A stretch of DNA of 56,397 nucleotides, from assembly GCA_029856045.1 (NCBI GenBank), contig JAHQWG010000008.1, forward strand, positions 1 through 56,397. The letters run 5' to 3'. The first letter of the stretch is position 1. Each line of letters starts with the position of its first letter. Position numbers and translations under genes: made by a program. The notes below the pieces were generated by a model. The model had not been told where the DNA came from. It ran no database searches and worked only from the letters and a program-made list of their open reading frames with translations. Positions 1-10,715 of the stretch are shown here, in pieces. The stretch is from Promethearchaeia archaeon (GTDB lineage: Archaea > Asgardarchaeota > Lokiarchaeia > Sigyniarchaeales > SOKP01).

Positions 1-762
1 GGTTAAAATATAGAATTTATTGTCCCTAATAGCTTGAAACACAATCTCTGCTACTTTTTTAGGAGATAGACCGGAATTAACCATTTGGTTAAATAATTTC
101 TGAGATGACTTAAATTCAGGATGACTTATTACTTCAGATGGATCATTTCTTAATTCAGATGGACGATTTCGTTCACATTCAAGAATTCTAGTTTTAACAA
201 ATCCTGGACAAAGAACGGAAACTTTGATTTTGGATTTTATATACGAAAGTTCGGCGACAAGGGTCTCAGAAAGAGCAACAATCCCGTTTTTAGTTATGCC
301 ATAAATACCATTTCCTGGGATTAATCCCGCTAGGGATGATGTATTGATAATATGACATTTGGTATCTTGTTTAAGCATTATGGGAACAAAAATCCGAACT
401 CCATAAATTACGCCCCATAAATTAACTCCTACAATCCATTCCAAATCTGCAAAAGTATATTCCCAGAGGTAGGTACTTACGGCAACGCCTGCATTATTGA
501 ATAACAAATGCACAGCTCCAAATGTATCGAGTGTTTTTTTAGCAAGTGCTTTAATATCATTAACTTTTGAAACATCTGTCAGCACCGATATTACTGTTGC
601 ACCTGTTGATTTTAATTATTTCTCGGTGTTAGAAAGCATTTTAGTTTCAATATCAGCTAGAACTACTTTCATTCCTTCTTGGCAGCATCTTTCGGCTATA
701 CCACGACCTATTCCGCTTGCACCACCAGTAATGACTGCAACTTTATCTTTAAATTCTTTCAT
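1..762 (-). pseudogene. Short-chain dehydrogenase/reductase with one in-frame TAA (codon 49, 616-618); runs off the window start
   Basis: Manual translation: MKEFKDKVAVITGGASGIG...TEK*LKST...FNNAGV...NTSS...YGITK. The frame stays open after the single stop. Confidence 0.85.
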
Positions 763-814
763 TTTTTAATCATATCTATCTTTTATGATTTTAGATTATA
801 ATTTTATTTTTATT

Positions 815-833
815 ATGTACTTAATATGTACAT
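815..833. promoter_or_regulatory. Possible operator, inverted repeat ATGTAC-N7-GTACAT upstream of the SDR
   Basis: Perfect 6-bp arms about 50 bp upstream of the SDR start; another TGTACAT near 858-864. Confidence 0.3.
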
Positions 834-1105
834 TTTCTTATATAAATGTATCGATTCTGTACATAAATATATTTTTAAAAAAATCATTAAGAGTTTCTCC
901 ATAGGAACCATTGATTTTCGTCTTAAAGGATGGAACATTTTAAATTTCACAAAAAGAGAGAATTAGATAATTAAAGAACGAATGTTTTATTATATTAGAT
1001 TTAATTATGAACAAATTATGCGATTATCCTAATTTAACTAAACTGACAAAACATATTACCTCTATATTATCTCCATATTAATTACTAAATCTTTACACAA
1101 AATAC

Positions 1106-2038
1106 GTGAAAAATCTTTTTATATCAGATTTGATACCGGAGTTTTTAATTTCAAAAGAAATTGAAGAAGGTAATTCTAAATCAACAATTAAGGCATATAA
1201 TTATGATTTAGAAAAATACATTGAGATTGTTGGAGATTCGAACATTGAACTCGTAACACCAACCAAAATTAGACTTTTCATAAAAAGTTTAAAAGATAAA
1301 AATTATACAAAAAGAGGAATTGCAAGAAAGATTGCTACTTTAAGATCTTTTTTTAAATTTCTCATAAGGAATGAATTCATATCAAAAAACCCAATGGAAA
1401 AAATCTCAAGCCCAAAAATTAAAATAGAAGAAAATATACCAAAATATTTAGAAATTAATGATATGAAGCTTATTCTTGAAAAATTAAAGGATAAAAGCAT
1501 TTTTAATACCAAAAAGAGTGAAAGATATTATCTTCTAGTAAGATTGCTATACGCGACAATGGCTCGAGTGAGTGAGATTTCAAATATTAAAATTAAAGAC
1601 ATTAATTTTCAAGAAAGATTTGTTCACCTTAGGGGTAAGGGTAATAAAGAAAGAATTGTTCCCGTTGATAAGGATTCTCTAATTTTAATTGAAAAATATT
1701 TAAAAAATCGCTTAATTTATGCTGAAGATGATTACTTGCTTGTTAATACTCGTAATTTAAAACTTTCTCCTCGTGTAATTCAGGAAGATATAAAGGTTAT
1801 TAAAGAAAAATGTGGCTTTTCTCAATTAAAACAAATTACTCCACATATTTTTCGCCATACTGGAGCCACCCATTTAAGAAGAGCTGGAATGGATATTAGT
1901 GAATTACAGGACATATTAGGACACTCAAGTTCAAACACAACTAGAATTTATGCTAAAAATGATATAAGTAATCTAAGAAGATCTTATAATAAAATGCACC
2001 CTCTTACTTCAAAAGAGGACTTAAGAATCAACAAATAA
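1106..2038 (+). CDS. xerA: Xer-family tyrosine recombinase (XerA-like)
   Basis: N-terminal SAM-like domain; catalytic residues in YATMARVSE (R), GKGNKER (K), HIFRH, LGH and TTRIY (Y). Confidence 0.9.
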   Translation: MKNLFISDLIPEFLISKEIEEGNSKSTIKAYNYDLEKYIEIVGDSNIELVTPTKIRLFIKSLKDKNYTKRGIARKIATLRSFFKFLIRNEFISKNPMEKISSPKIKIEENIPKYLEINDMKLILEKLKDKSIFNTKKSERYYLLVRLLYATMARVSEISNIKIKDINFQERFVHLRGKGNKERIVPVDKDSLILIEKYLKNRLIYAEDDYLLVNTRNLKLSPRVIQEDIKVIKEKCGFSQLKQITPHIFRHTGATHLRRAGMDISELQDILGHSSSNTTRIYAKNDISNLRRSYNKMHPLTSKEDLRINK

Positions 2039-3238
2039 TTTTCTTTCTAAAATTTCTTCTAAATATTCTTCCAATTTTTCTGCGGGAACATCAAGTAGAG
2101 CTATTTTTAAATGTCTACCACGAGATTCTTCATCAATCCTAATCGAATCTGCCAACAAAATCTTTAATGTATTAAGTTGTCGTATATATTTTCTAAAAGA
2201 CATTTTAACATGAGGTTCAATTTCATAAGTTTCACAAATGATTTTGTAATCCTCGTATGCATCATCAATTGTTGTAAACGATTTTTCACTATTTAATAAA
2301 GCTCTTACAACCGCATACAGGGATAAAAGTTCTTGATCTTTTAATCGATCAATAATATCAGCTCTAAATTCAGGATATGCAACTTCTGCAGCAGCATTTC
2401 GAATAATTTCAGCAGAGAACTCATCTATTCCCTCTTTGTCCATATATTGCCCACTTAATCTTAGTATTTCAATACCATGTCTCATATTTTTCGTATCTTC
2501 AACAATTTTCGCAATTAATTCGAGACTATCTTCATTCATAACGCCGTCTTTAAAAGCTAAGTCTACTCGATAATTTAATATTTCTTTTGCATCATCGAGA
2601 TTATATGGTTTTAATTCAATTTTTTTGTTAATCCGGGATAATAATCTTTCTGACTCTATTCGAATCCAATCATGTTTTCTCGAAATTAACAATAACGACA
2701 TTCTTACATTATGATGTCCGAAAGTTTCAGCAGTATCTAGTAAAGCCCATATATCATTTTTTGAAATTAAATGAATCTCATCTAAGATCAACAGAATGTA
2801 GCCATTATCATTTTTAACCTTAGTAATTATTTGTTTCATTGCCTCATCATCGGAAAAACCTCTTCCTGAACCTTGACAATACTTTCCCAATAAAGTTCGA
2901 ACAATTTTACTTTTAGTTCTAAAATTAACACAATCAAAATGCTCAATGAATAAATTAATACCCTTTTCAAGCACTGTTTCTCGAAAATTTCTCCCAAAAA
3001 ACTTTGCAGAAACGGTTTTCCCAACACCACCTTTGCCAATTAATAAACAATTACTAGAAAATTTCCCTTTTCCTTCAATTATACCCCTAAAATTGTGTAT
3101 AAGTTCTCTGATTATATCATCTCGGCAGTATAATTTTTTCGGTACATAACTTAAATTAAGAGAACTAGAATCTCGAAATACTGATCTTTTGCTTAATTCT
3201 TTTCGAAAATTTTCCTTATCCATATTTTTAGGGACCAA
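2021..3238 (-). CDS. cdc6: Orc1/Cdc6 replication initiation AAA+ ATPase
   Basis: YVPKKLYCRD start, Walker A GKGGVGKT, Walker B ILDEIH, C-terminal winged helix ending SRGR; overlaps the xerA 3' end by 18 bp. Confidence 0.93.
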   Translation of the reverse strand: MVPKNMDKENFRKELSKRSVFRDSSSLNLSYVPKKLYCRDDIIRELIHNFRGIIEGKGKFSSNCLLIGKGGVGKTVSAKFFGRNFRETVLEKGINLFIEHFDCVNFRTKSKIVRTLLGKYCQGSGRGFSDDEAMKQIITKVKNDNGYILLILDEIHLISKNDIWALLDTAETFGHHNVRMSLLLISRKHDWIRIESERLLSRINKKIELKPYNLDDAKEILNYRVDLAFKDGVMNEDSLELIAKIVEDTKNMRHGIEILRLSGQYMDKEGIDEFSAEIIRNAAAEVAYPEFRADIIDRLKDQELLSLYAVVRALLNSEKSFTTIDDAYEDYKIICETYEIEPHVKMSFRKYIRQLNTLKILLADSIRIDEESRGRHLKIALLDVPAEKLEEYLEEILERKLFVDS

Positions 3239-3468
3239 AAATGTATAGAACTATTGCTCAGTTTATCCTTAATAAAGTAAAATTTGCTATTTGATAAATA
3301 ATTTATCTATTATTTAAAGTTAAAACATCTAAAAAAATAAGAAATTATATCATTTTCGATATTGTTTTTAACTTTTAAATTATTTAAATAAATTTAAAAA
3401 AATAGAAAATATTAGAATTTAAAGAAATGAAACAATAAAATCGATTAATTTCCATTAATTTTTAAAAA

Positions 3469-4377
3469 ATGAAAGTAAGTTTAATCGGACTTAATAACTG
3501 TGGTAAAACAAGTATCTGCTCGGTTGTATTCGGTCAAAAAAATGCTGAAGATACTCAATCCTTAAATCCTACAATATTTTATGAGGTTAGGCATTATCCC
3601 TTTTTAGGATTTCAAATTGGAATCTTCGATTTTGGTGGTCAAGAAGATCATAGAAAGGATTATGAAAAAAACCCTGAACTCTTTGCTGGAACAGATATTC
3701 TTATTCCAGTTGTTGATTTACACGACCCTAAGAATTTTAAAAATGCCAAAAAATATTTTAAAGAAATTTTAGATATTTTTAATCAAAGTAATAAAAAACC
3801 AAAGATTTTTTTACTCCTTCATAAATTTGATACAAAAAACTATCAGAAAGAGTTAATAGATGCAAATATTAGACAAGCAAGAAATATCTTTTTAGATCTT
3901 TTCGTAGAATTTGATTTTAATTTCATATTTACAAGCATTTTTGAACAAAATGATTTGAGATCAATATTTCGGGACATTTTACTCTCTTCCCATGCGAAAT
4001 TAAAGATAAATATTCAAAAAATGGAAAAAGATCTTCAAGAAATTAAAACAAACATAATTATTACGGATATATTAGGAAATATATTAATTCATAATGTTCA
4101 AAATTTAGGTAGTGGGTTTATTTTAAGGCAAGATTTACGAGATTTTCTATATTCTTGTAATAATATCCGAGAAAAAATTTTTACTTCAGATTCTGCTAAC
4201 TTTAAAGGTAAAAATGATGATGGAAAAGAAATTGAGATTTATATATTTAAATACATAATTTCTGTAATCATAATGAAATCAAGAGACTTAGATGTGAATT
4301 CACATGATAAAGTTGCAATTTTATTAAATAATGTTAGATTATTAGCAGATTTAATAGTCAGCGCAAATTTTAACTAG
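3469..4377 (+). CDS. Small GTPase of Rag/Gtr-like type with a C-terminal roadblock/longin-like domain
   Basis: G1 GLNNCGKTS, G3 DFGGQ, G4 HKFD, G5 TSI; about 120-aa alpha/beta C-terminal domain. Confidence 0.8.
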   Translation: MKVSLIGLNNCGKTSICSVVFGQKNAEDTQSLNPTIFYEVRHYPFLGFQIGIFDFGGQEDHRKDYEKNPELFAGTDILIPVVDLHDPKNFKNAKKYFKEILDIFNQSNKKPKIFLLLHKFDTKNYQKELIDANIRQARNIFLDLFVEFDFNFIFTSIFEQNDLRSIFRDILLSSHAKLKINIQKMEKDLQEIKTNIIITDILGNILIHNVQNLGSGFILRQDLRDFLYSCNNIREKIFTSDSANFKGKNDDGKEIEIYIFKYIISVIIMKSRDLDVNSHDKVAILLNNVRLLADLIVSANFN

Positions 4378-4457
4378 AATTAGACTATAATTATTTTAAT
4401 TTTTTTTTCTGAAGGAGATTTAAAATTAACTGCAGTATATTTAATTGTGAGGATCAT

Positions 4458-4688
4458 TCATTTATTCTTTCCTGATGATTGATACCAATCAAGCCAATCC
4501 TTTTTTCGATCTTTTTTCTTGTCATAATCGTCTATTTCTTCAAAATTAGTTTCTCTAATTTCTTTCCACATTCGATCCAACTCAGTTCTTGTCACAGTTA
4601 AACCACAACTTAAACATACCACCATTTTTAACTTTGAATTCCATTCCATCACACCAGCACATTCAGGGCACCTAGTAAATGCAATCAC
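4458..4688 (-). CDS. Small zinc-ribbon protein
   Basis: CPEC-x15-CLSC with a charged helical tail. Confidence 0.75.
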   Translation of the reverse strand: MIAFTRCPECAGVMEWNSKLKMVVCLSCGLTVTRTELDRMWKEIRETNFEEIDDYDKKKDRKKDWLDWYQSSGKNK

Positions 4689-4991
4689 CTTTTCCGAGTA
4701 TAATTAGTATGATTTATTATTGATTCCTTTTTATAAATAAAAAATACTATTCCAAAAAAATTTTACTATTTTTCTCGGTTTAATTAAGTAATAATGGTAG
4801 AAAATTATAAAATCAATTGATTAAAATATTATTTAACTGTAAATAATAAATCTTAATTTGCTGATTTAAGAAATATTGAAGTATATTTGGTTATTAATAA
4901 TTTATATGAGAAAGGAAAAGAATACTATAGTAGATAAATAAGAATTCTGCAAGAAAGAAATTTTGAAATAACAAATAAATTTTAGTTCTAA

Positions 4992-5822
4992 GTGAAAAAA
5001 ATGTTAAATAAGGATTTAAAAGATTACATTGATTTAGTGAATAAAGGGTCCAGTGATTTTTTAAAGAAAAAAGTCTCATTAGTAACGGGCGGTGCTGGAG
5101 GGATAGGTACAGCAATTTGTAAGGAATTAGCGAATTTAGGATCCATTGTTTATATTTGCGATATTAAGGAAGCAAAAAGTCTCGCAAATGAGATTAATGC
5201 CGGGTATTCTGATGTGCGAGCTATACCTATAAAAACTGATATATCTAATAAGTCTGAAGTTAAAAATATGTTTGAACAAATATTAAATGAAAATGGGGGT
5301 GTGGATATATTAATAAATAACGCAGCTGTGTATGGAGAGCCTCCACTTAATTTTTTAGAAATTTCATATGAAAATTTTAAAAAAATAATTAGTGTAGATT
5401 TAAGCGGAGCTATTTACTGCACTATCGCCGCGATTCCGCATATGATTAAAAAAGGTTGGGGGAAAATAATGTTCACAGCCGCACCATTAAGTTCTTCAGG
5501 AATTCCAGCACCTTATTTAGCAGGAAAGTCCGGATTTATTGGATTAACTAAATTTTTTTCTGAAAAATTAAAGAAATATGGAATTGGAACGTTTGCGGTT
5601 GTTCTAAGACATATTTATACGCCCATGATTAAAAAAGTAATAGAAAGTAGAAATATTGATATTAAAAATGCTAAAAAAGACTTGGATAAGAAATCACTTA
5701 CAGGAAGAATGGCTACTACAGAAGAAATCGCCAAAATGTTCGCATACTTTGCCTTGCCAATATCAAATCATATGAGCGGTCAAACCATTCTTGCAGATGG
5801 TGGAATTTCATATTTAAGATAA
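4992..5822 (+). CDS. SDR family oxidoreductase (FabG-like); ATG at 5001 is an alternative start
   Basis: TGGAGGIG, NNAA, YLAGK (YxxxK), C-terminal SGQTILADGG. Confidence 0.9.
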   Translation: MKKMLNKDLKDYIDLVNKGSSDFLKKKVSLVTGGAGGIGTAICKELANLGSIVYICDIKEAKSLANEINAGYSDVRAIPIKTDISNKSEVKNMFEQILNENGGVDILINNAAVYGEPPLNFLEISYENFKKIISVDLSGAIYCTIAAIPHMIKKGWGKIMFTAAPLSSSGIPAPYLAGKSGFIGLTKFFSEKLKKYGIGTFAVVLRHIYTPMIKKVIESRNIDIKNAKKDLDKKSLTGRMATTEEIAKMFAYFALPISNHMSGQTILADGGISYLR

Positions 5823-5835
5823 CAGGTGAAATAGA

Positions 5836-6552
5836 ATGGAAAGCATGAGAGAATTAAAAGGAAAAAATTGCATATTTTTAGGCGCAAACGATTCATTTGG
5901 AAGGGAATTATGCAAAAATTTGGCTAAAGTTGGTCTTAATTTAGGTTTAATAGATTTTGACCACTTTGATTCATTAAATTTATCGAACAACCTTAAAAAT
6001 ATAGGGGTTAAATCTATAAGTGCAACAGTTATTCCGGGAAAGGCTATTAGTTTTGAAAAGGCAGTTGCTAGAATAATAGAATATTTAGGAGATTTAGATT
6101 TTCTTATTTGTGCTTATTATTTTGATGAGGATATTAGCTATGAAAATGATGAATTTCATATAGATAAATTAAGCATGGAAAAATGGGATAATGTCCTCGA
6201 AAAATGGGCAGGGAGCTATTTTTTGATGATAAAATCAGTTTTACCTCACATGCTTAATAAAAATAAAGGTAAAATTATCTTTACAAATCTAACTTCAGGC
6301 TACACTGGTGAGGGAGAAGGTGAAGGACAACTATCGGGAATAAGTTCATTATATTTCTCTGCTTGTTCTAGCGCAATAACTGGAACGATGACCTCTATTG
6401 CCAGAGAAATCATTCCTCTCGGTGTAAAGGTTAATGGCGTAGCTTTCAATCCTACACTTAAAAGGGATGATGATAGAATACTAAATGCTTTTATATTTTT
6501 ACTCTCCGATATATCGTATTATACATGCGGGCAAATAATACGGCTATATTAA
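5836..6552 (+). CDS. Degenerate SDR-fold protein
   Basis: SDR pattern (GVKVNGV, CGQII), but the glycine motif reads GANDSFG and there is no YxxxK. Confidence 0.75.
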   Translation: MESMRELKGKNCIFLGANDSFGRELCKNLAKVGLNLGLIDFDHFDSLNLSNNLKNIGVKSISATVIPGKAISFEKAVARIIEYLGDLDFLICAYYFDEDISYENDEFHIDKLSMEKWDNVLEKWAGSYFLMIKSVLPHMLNKNKGKIIFTNLTSGYTGEGEGEGQLSGISSLYFSACSSAITGTMTSIAREIIPLGVKVNGVAFNPTLKRDDDRILNAFIFLLSDISYYTCGQIIRLY

Positions 6553-6566
6553 AATAGAAAGTAGTA

Positions 6567-7205
6567 GTGAAAAAAATGGATAAAGAATTAAAATCAAAAA
6601 TCGTAAAAAAATGGGTTGGAGATTTACCATTTGAGCAGAAAGTAATAAAATTGTTTGAAAAAGTAAGAGATATACCTTTTGGGAGAGCGGGTTCAAGAGA
6701 CCCAAAAGATGTTTATGAGAAAAATATCGGAACTTGCTCTGGAAAGAATTTATTATTAAGAGAATTGTATGATGAAATTGGATTACAAACAAAAGACATG
6801 CTAACCTTACATAGATTCAACGATCTAGTTTGGTTTTCCACAAATTCTTACCCACTCGTTCAAATTCCAACAAAAGTGAAGGAAATCCTAAATAAAGGTC
6901 CAATATACGATTTTCACAACTTTATAAAAATTTTTATTAATGGTAAATGGATTATAGCAGACGCAACTTTTGATACGCCTTTAAAAAAATATGGATTTAT
7001 TATTAATGAAAATTGGAATGGAAAAACGGATATGACTATGTGTATTGTTGGCACTACTAAAATTTGGGATTGCGGTCATCAAGGATTAGAAATGAAGTCA
7101 AAAATGACGGCACTACTTACAGAAAATATTCAAAGAAATAGATTATTATTTCTTAAGAAATTAAGTGAATGGATTGCAGAACTGAGAAATAAAGGTTTCC
7201 CTTAA
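6567..7205 (+). CDS. Transglutaminase-like cysteine-triad protein
   Basis: GTCSGK (Cys), DFHNF (His), WIIADAT (Asp). Confidence 0.75.
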   Translation: MKKMDKELKSKIVKKWVGDLPFEQKVIKLFEKVRDIPFGRAGSRDPKDVYEKNIGTCSGKNLLLRELYDEIGLQTKDMLTLHRFNDLVWFSTNSYPLVQIPTKVKEILNKGPIYDFHNFIKIFINGKWIIADATFDTPLKKYGFIINENWNGKTDMTMCIVGTTKIWDCGHQGLEMKSKMTALLTENIQRNRLLFLKKLSEWIAELRNKGFP

Positions 7206-7293
7206 AATTTTTTTCTGTATCCTCTTTTTTAAAAAAGATTTTTCTTATATTCACTTAATTAATAATTAAACTAAAAAAAAAATTGAATTTAAA

Positions 7294-8508
7294 ATGGTTA
7301 AAGCTGACGTATATTTTTTTAGTGCAACTGCTCTAAAATCTAAAGATTCCTTATCAAAAGTTAAAGGTCCTTTAAGTCTTGAATATCTTGGATTCAATAA
7401 GGAGGTTAAAAAAAATGATAGAGTTTGCATTAAAACACATTTTGGAGCATTGGAAAATACGCGGTATTTAAGACCCACTTACATGCGGTTCCTTTGTGAT
7501 TATGTAAAAGAGTTTGGTGCTAGTCCATCAGTTGCAGAAAGCTGTGGATGGGGATTACCGGGTGCTGGAGGTGAATATGGAGGAAGAGCTAGTGAGAAAG
7601 AATATTTAGGGGTTGCATTGAAACACGGCTTTACGAAAGAAACAATGGGAGCTCCCATTTTAATGCTAGATGGGCCAATAGGAATAGATTATGAAAGCCA
7701 AAAAATTAATGGTAAATGGTTTAATGAAGTATTGGTCGCTGGAAGATTAAGAGAATTTGACTTGCTTATATCCGCTGCTCATTTTAAAGGACATTCAGGT
7801 ACAGGTTTTGGCGGAGCGTTAAAAAATATAGGCATTGGGTGTGTATCGAAAGGTGGAAAAGTTCAAGCTCACACTGGAAAAAATCTCACAAGAAATTTTG
7901 AAAAATGTGTAAGTGAATGCACTGATTGTATTGATATCTGCCCTACTAATTCTTTAAGAAAAGATACAAATAATAAAATCATATATAACAAAGATACATG
8001 CAAAAATTGTTATATGTGTGTCTCTGCATGTAATGAGGAAGTCTTCAAAAGAGAGAAAATAGCTCGTGAACAATTTATCGAACAAATGATTGATAACGCT
8101 CTTGGCGTAGTTGAATTTTTTAATCAAGAAAAAATATTTTATATTAATTACGCTATTGACATAACTCACCAATGTGATTGTTCGGGCGGTTCTGACGTAA
8201 ATTTCGTCCAAGACGTCGGAATTCTCGCTAGTAGAGATCCGGTAGCAGTTGATATGGCATGTGTTGATCTCACTCATAAATCACCTGCGTTACCTAATTC
8301 ATGCTTAGATGGATTAGAGATTCCAGAGAAAAACGGTATTCATGAATGGTTTTCTTATATTCCAAGGTTTAACTATGAAAACAATGAAACAGATTTGAAT
8401 AGAAACGCAGAATATCAAGATTTTTGGAAAATTCAATTAAATGCGGCTGAAAAATTAGGGCTTGGAACAAAAAAATATAACTTAATTGAAATAACTGAAT
8501 TTGAATAA
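7294..8508 (+). CDS. DUF362-family Fe-S protein with a 2x[4Fe-4S] ferredoxin insert
   Basis: IKTHFG, HFKGH...GGALKN.GIG, CTDCIDICP/CKNCYMCVSAC, CDC, SRDPVAVD. Confidence 0.85.
   Translation: MVKADVYFFSATALKSKDSLSKVKGPLSLEYLGFNKEVKKNDRVCIKTHFGALENTRYLRPTYMRFLCDYVKEFGASPSVAESCGWGLPGAGGEYGGRASEKEYLGVALKHGFTKETMGAPILMLDGPIGIDYESQKINGKWFNEVLVAGRLREFDLLISAAHFKGHSGTGFGGALKNIGIGCVSKGGKVQAHTGKNLTRNFEKCVSECTDCIDICPTNSLRKDTNNKIIYNKDTCKNCYMCVSACNEEVFKREKIAREQFIEQMIDNALGVVEFFNQEKIFYINYAIDITHQCDCSGGSDVNFVQDVGILASRDPVAVDMACVDLTHKSPALPNSCLDGLEIPEKNGIHEWFSYIPRFNYENNETDLNRNAEYQDFWKIQLNAAEKLGLGTKKYNLIEITEFE
8461..8498 (+). repeat. Direct repeat A, copy 1 (3' end of the DUF362 gene)
   Basis: 36/38 identical to 11654-11691. 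Confidence 0.85.
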
Positions 8509-8538
8509 AAAGATTAAATAACCAGAATAAATTAGATA

Positions 8539-10710
8539 ATGGAAAATAAAAATAATACAGAAATTAGTACTAAAGACGGAAAATGGTCGCAATGGTGGCG
8601 AATTCCACGTTTTATTGTTTATATATTTGGAATCATTACCATTTATTGGTATTTCTGGTGTATTATTGGTTTAGTAATCGGAATCATTTATTTTATTTTT
8701 TTGAATGATCCAGCTTGGAAGCGTAATGGAATTGTATTAAGTCTATATATTGGCTTTATAACTACACTTATTTATCTAAATTTGCATGGAATTGGAATTT
8801 GGTTTCCCCCTCTTAATTTGGTCCTGTGGTATGGAACAGGATTTATTATAACCTATTTAATAATAATAATTGCATGGATTTCGCGTAAAAAAAGGTTCCT
8901 AAGTATTAGGTTTACACAATGGATTTCTCATAAATCAGAGAAGATCTCAAATAAAATGAAAATTTTGATTGATTTTTTCTTAATATTAATTCCCATTACA
9001 TCGTGGATTTTAATAAGTATTGATTTTGAAGTAATGCTTGATAATAACCCACATATTCTTTGGATACATGCTCCCTCTAAAGTGAAAGTTGGCGAAAATT
9101 TTAACATAACAATTGAGGCATGGGATCAATTTGAACGTTTAAGCGCGGTTTATAACGGAGAAGTTAAGTTTTCTATTGAGTCCTACGATCTCTCCAATTA
9201 TAATTCCATCAATTCTGTAGATGCTTTATTGCCCAATGAATATATTTTTACGGGTCAATTGCTGGGCTCGGACATTGCTTACGAAATTCTCGATGGTAAG
9301 GATAATGGCAGACATGTATTCGAAATCTCAATTAATACTCTAGGTATTCATTATATTCGTGTAGAAGATAGTATCACTCAAAATACATTCTATAGTAATC
9401 CCATTATTGTGGATAATTTTCCTGACTCGGAAAGAATGCTTTACTGGGGTGATCTACATACACATTCTTACTTATCTGATGGAAGTGGAACACCCGAGCA
9501 TAATTTTTATTATGCAAGATATATCGCCTGTATTGATTATATGGCTCTTACAGATCATGGAGAAATTTTATTATTTTCACCTGGATCCTTGGACATAATT
9601 GAATTTGCTACAAATAATGCTAATGAACCGAATATATTTGTAACCTTTCAAGGAATTGAGTGGACAAACACTCGAACGGGTCATTATACATGCATTTTCA
9701 GTGGGGATCAACTATTAAAAAATCCAATTTTATCATATTTAACAGTACCATCTACTAATGGATTATGGGATGCTCTTGACAATTTTACATCTAGTACAGG
9801 TTCTAACGCATTAGCGCTTCCTCATCACACCACTAAGAGATCATACCCACAAGACTGGACATATATCAACCCAAAATATGTTAAAATTGCTGAAGTCTGT
9901 TCTGTTCATGGTGATTTTTTATATGAGCAACGAGATGAGCTTAATTATCGTGGAGCTATCGATCCCCCTCCAATATACACACCTGGTTCTTCTATTATAG
10001 ACGCTTTAAAAATGGGAAAAAAATTGACCCTTTATGCGGCAAGTGATGTCCACGATGGTCATCCTGGACATAGCTTATGTCATACGAGGGCTTTTATTGG
10101 TCATCAACGACCATTTTCTACATGGCATACGCGCAATGAGCATCCATATCCTGGAGGATTAACAGCCGTTTACGCTGATAATCTTACAAGAGGGGGTATT
10201 TTTGATGGTTTGGAAAATCAAAGAATTTTTGCAAACTCTGATCATGGTCGCCCCATATTACACTTTACAATTAATGGAATTGATGTAGGAGATAACTCAA
10301 CAGTTTTTGTGGCAAATAAAAATTCTAGTAGGGAAATTAATCTATTTTTAGCTCAAGATGGCGCTCCAGTAGCTTTAAAATCACAAGCAGCACAAACAAC
10401 CTCCAATTGGTTGCCTAATTGGAATGCAACAATTGAAATCATTAAAAACGGGGAATTATGGTATAAAGAAAGAGTAAATTCTCCCATCCAAAAAATCTCA
10501 AAAAATGATGACGAACCGATTGTTGGAGCTAATTATGAAGATAATTGCTTAAAAATCGGGGATAACTATTATATTAATACTTATAGTGATAATCCTATTA
10601 ATCCCACTACACTCAATACTGGAGGTTGTGACTTTTATTTGATTAGAGTTGTTGGTGAAAATGGAAGAACCTCCTATGTGGGGCCAATTTGGGTGGAATC
10701 TGTAAATTAA
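8539..10710 (+). CDS. Membrane-anchored PHP-like metallohydrolase (DUF3604/CehA-McbA-like)
   Basis: About four N-terminal TM segments; WGDLHTHS, TDH, PHH and SDVH metal motifs. Confidence 0.8.
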   Translation: MENKNNTEISTKDGKWSQWWRIPRFIVYIFGIITIYWYFWCIIGLVIGIIYFIFLNDPAWKRNGIVLSLYIGFITTLIYLNLHGIGIWFPPLNLVLWYGTGFIITYLIIIIAWISRKKRFLSIRFTQWISHKSEKISNKMKILIDFFLILIPITSWILISIDFEVMLDNNPHILWIHAPSKVKVGENFNITIEAWDQFERLSAVYNGEVKFSIESYDLSNYNSINSVDALLPNEYIFTGQLLGSDIAYEILDGKDNGRHVFEISINTLGIHYIRVEDSITQNTFYSNPIIVDNFPDSERMLYWGDLHTHSYLSDGSGTPEHNFYYARYIACIDYMALTDHGEILLFSPGSLDIIEFATNNANEPNIFVTFQGIEWTNTRTGHYTCIFSGDQLLKNPILSYLTVPSTNGLWDALDNFTSSTGSNALALPHHTTKRSYPQDWTYINPKYVKIAEVCSVHGDFLYEQRDELNYRGAIDPPPIYTPGSSIIDALKMGKKLTLYAASDVHDGHPGHSLCHTRAFIGHQRPFSTWHTRNEHPYPGGLTAVYADNLTRGGIFDGLENQRIFANSDHGRPILHFTINGIDVGDNSTVFVANKNSSREINLFLAQDGAPVALKSQAAQTTSNWLPNWNATIEIIKNGELWYKERVNSPIQKISKNDDEPIVGANYEDNCLKIGDNYYINTYSDNPINPTTLNTGGCDFYLIRVVGENGRTSYVGPIWVESVN

Positions 10711-10715
10711 ATAAA

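Noticed and set aside
497-769. 90-aa + strand ORF and the other short ORFs overlapping long genes (e.g. 21554-22117, 25121-25492, 48844-49062)
   Set aside because: Antisense or out-of-frame shadows of well-supported genes
885-950. Minus-strand FKMFHPL peptide resembling a Xer C-terminus
   Set aside because: Too short, and nucleotide similarity to the xerA end is weak
3239-3468. Replication origin upstream of cdc6
   Set aside because: AT-rich, but no ORB or mini-ORB repeats are recognisable
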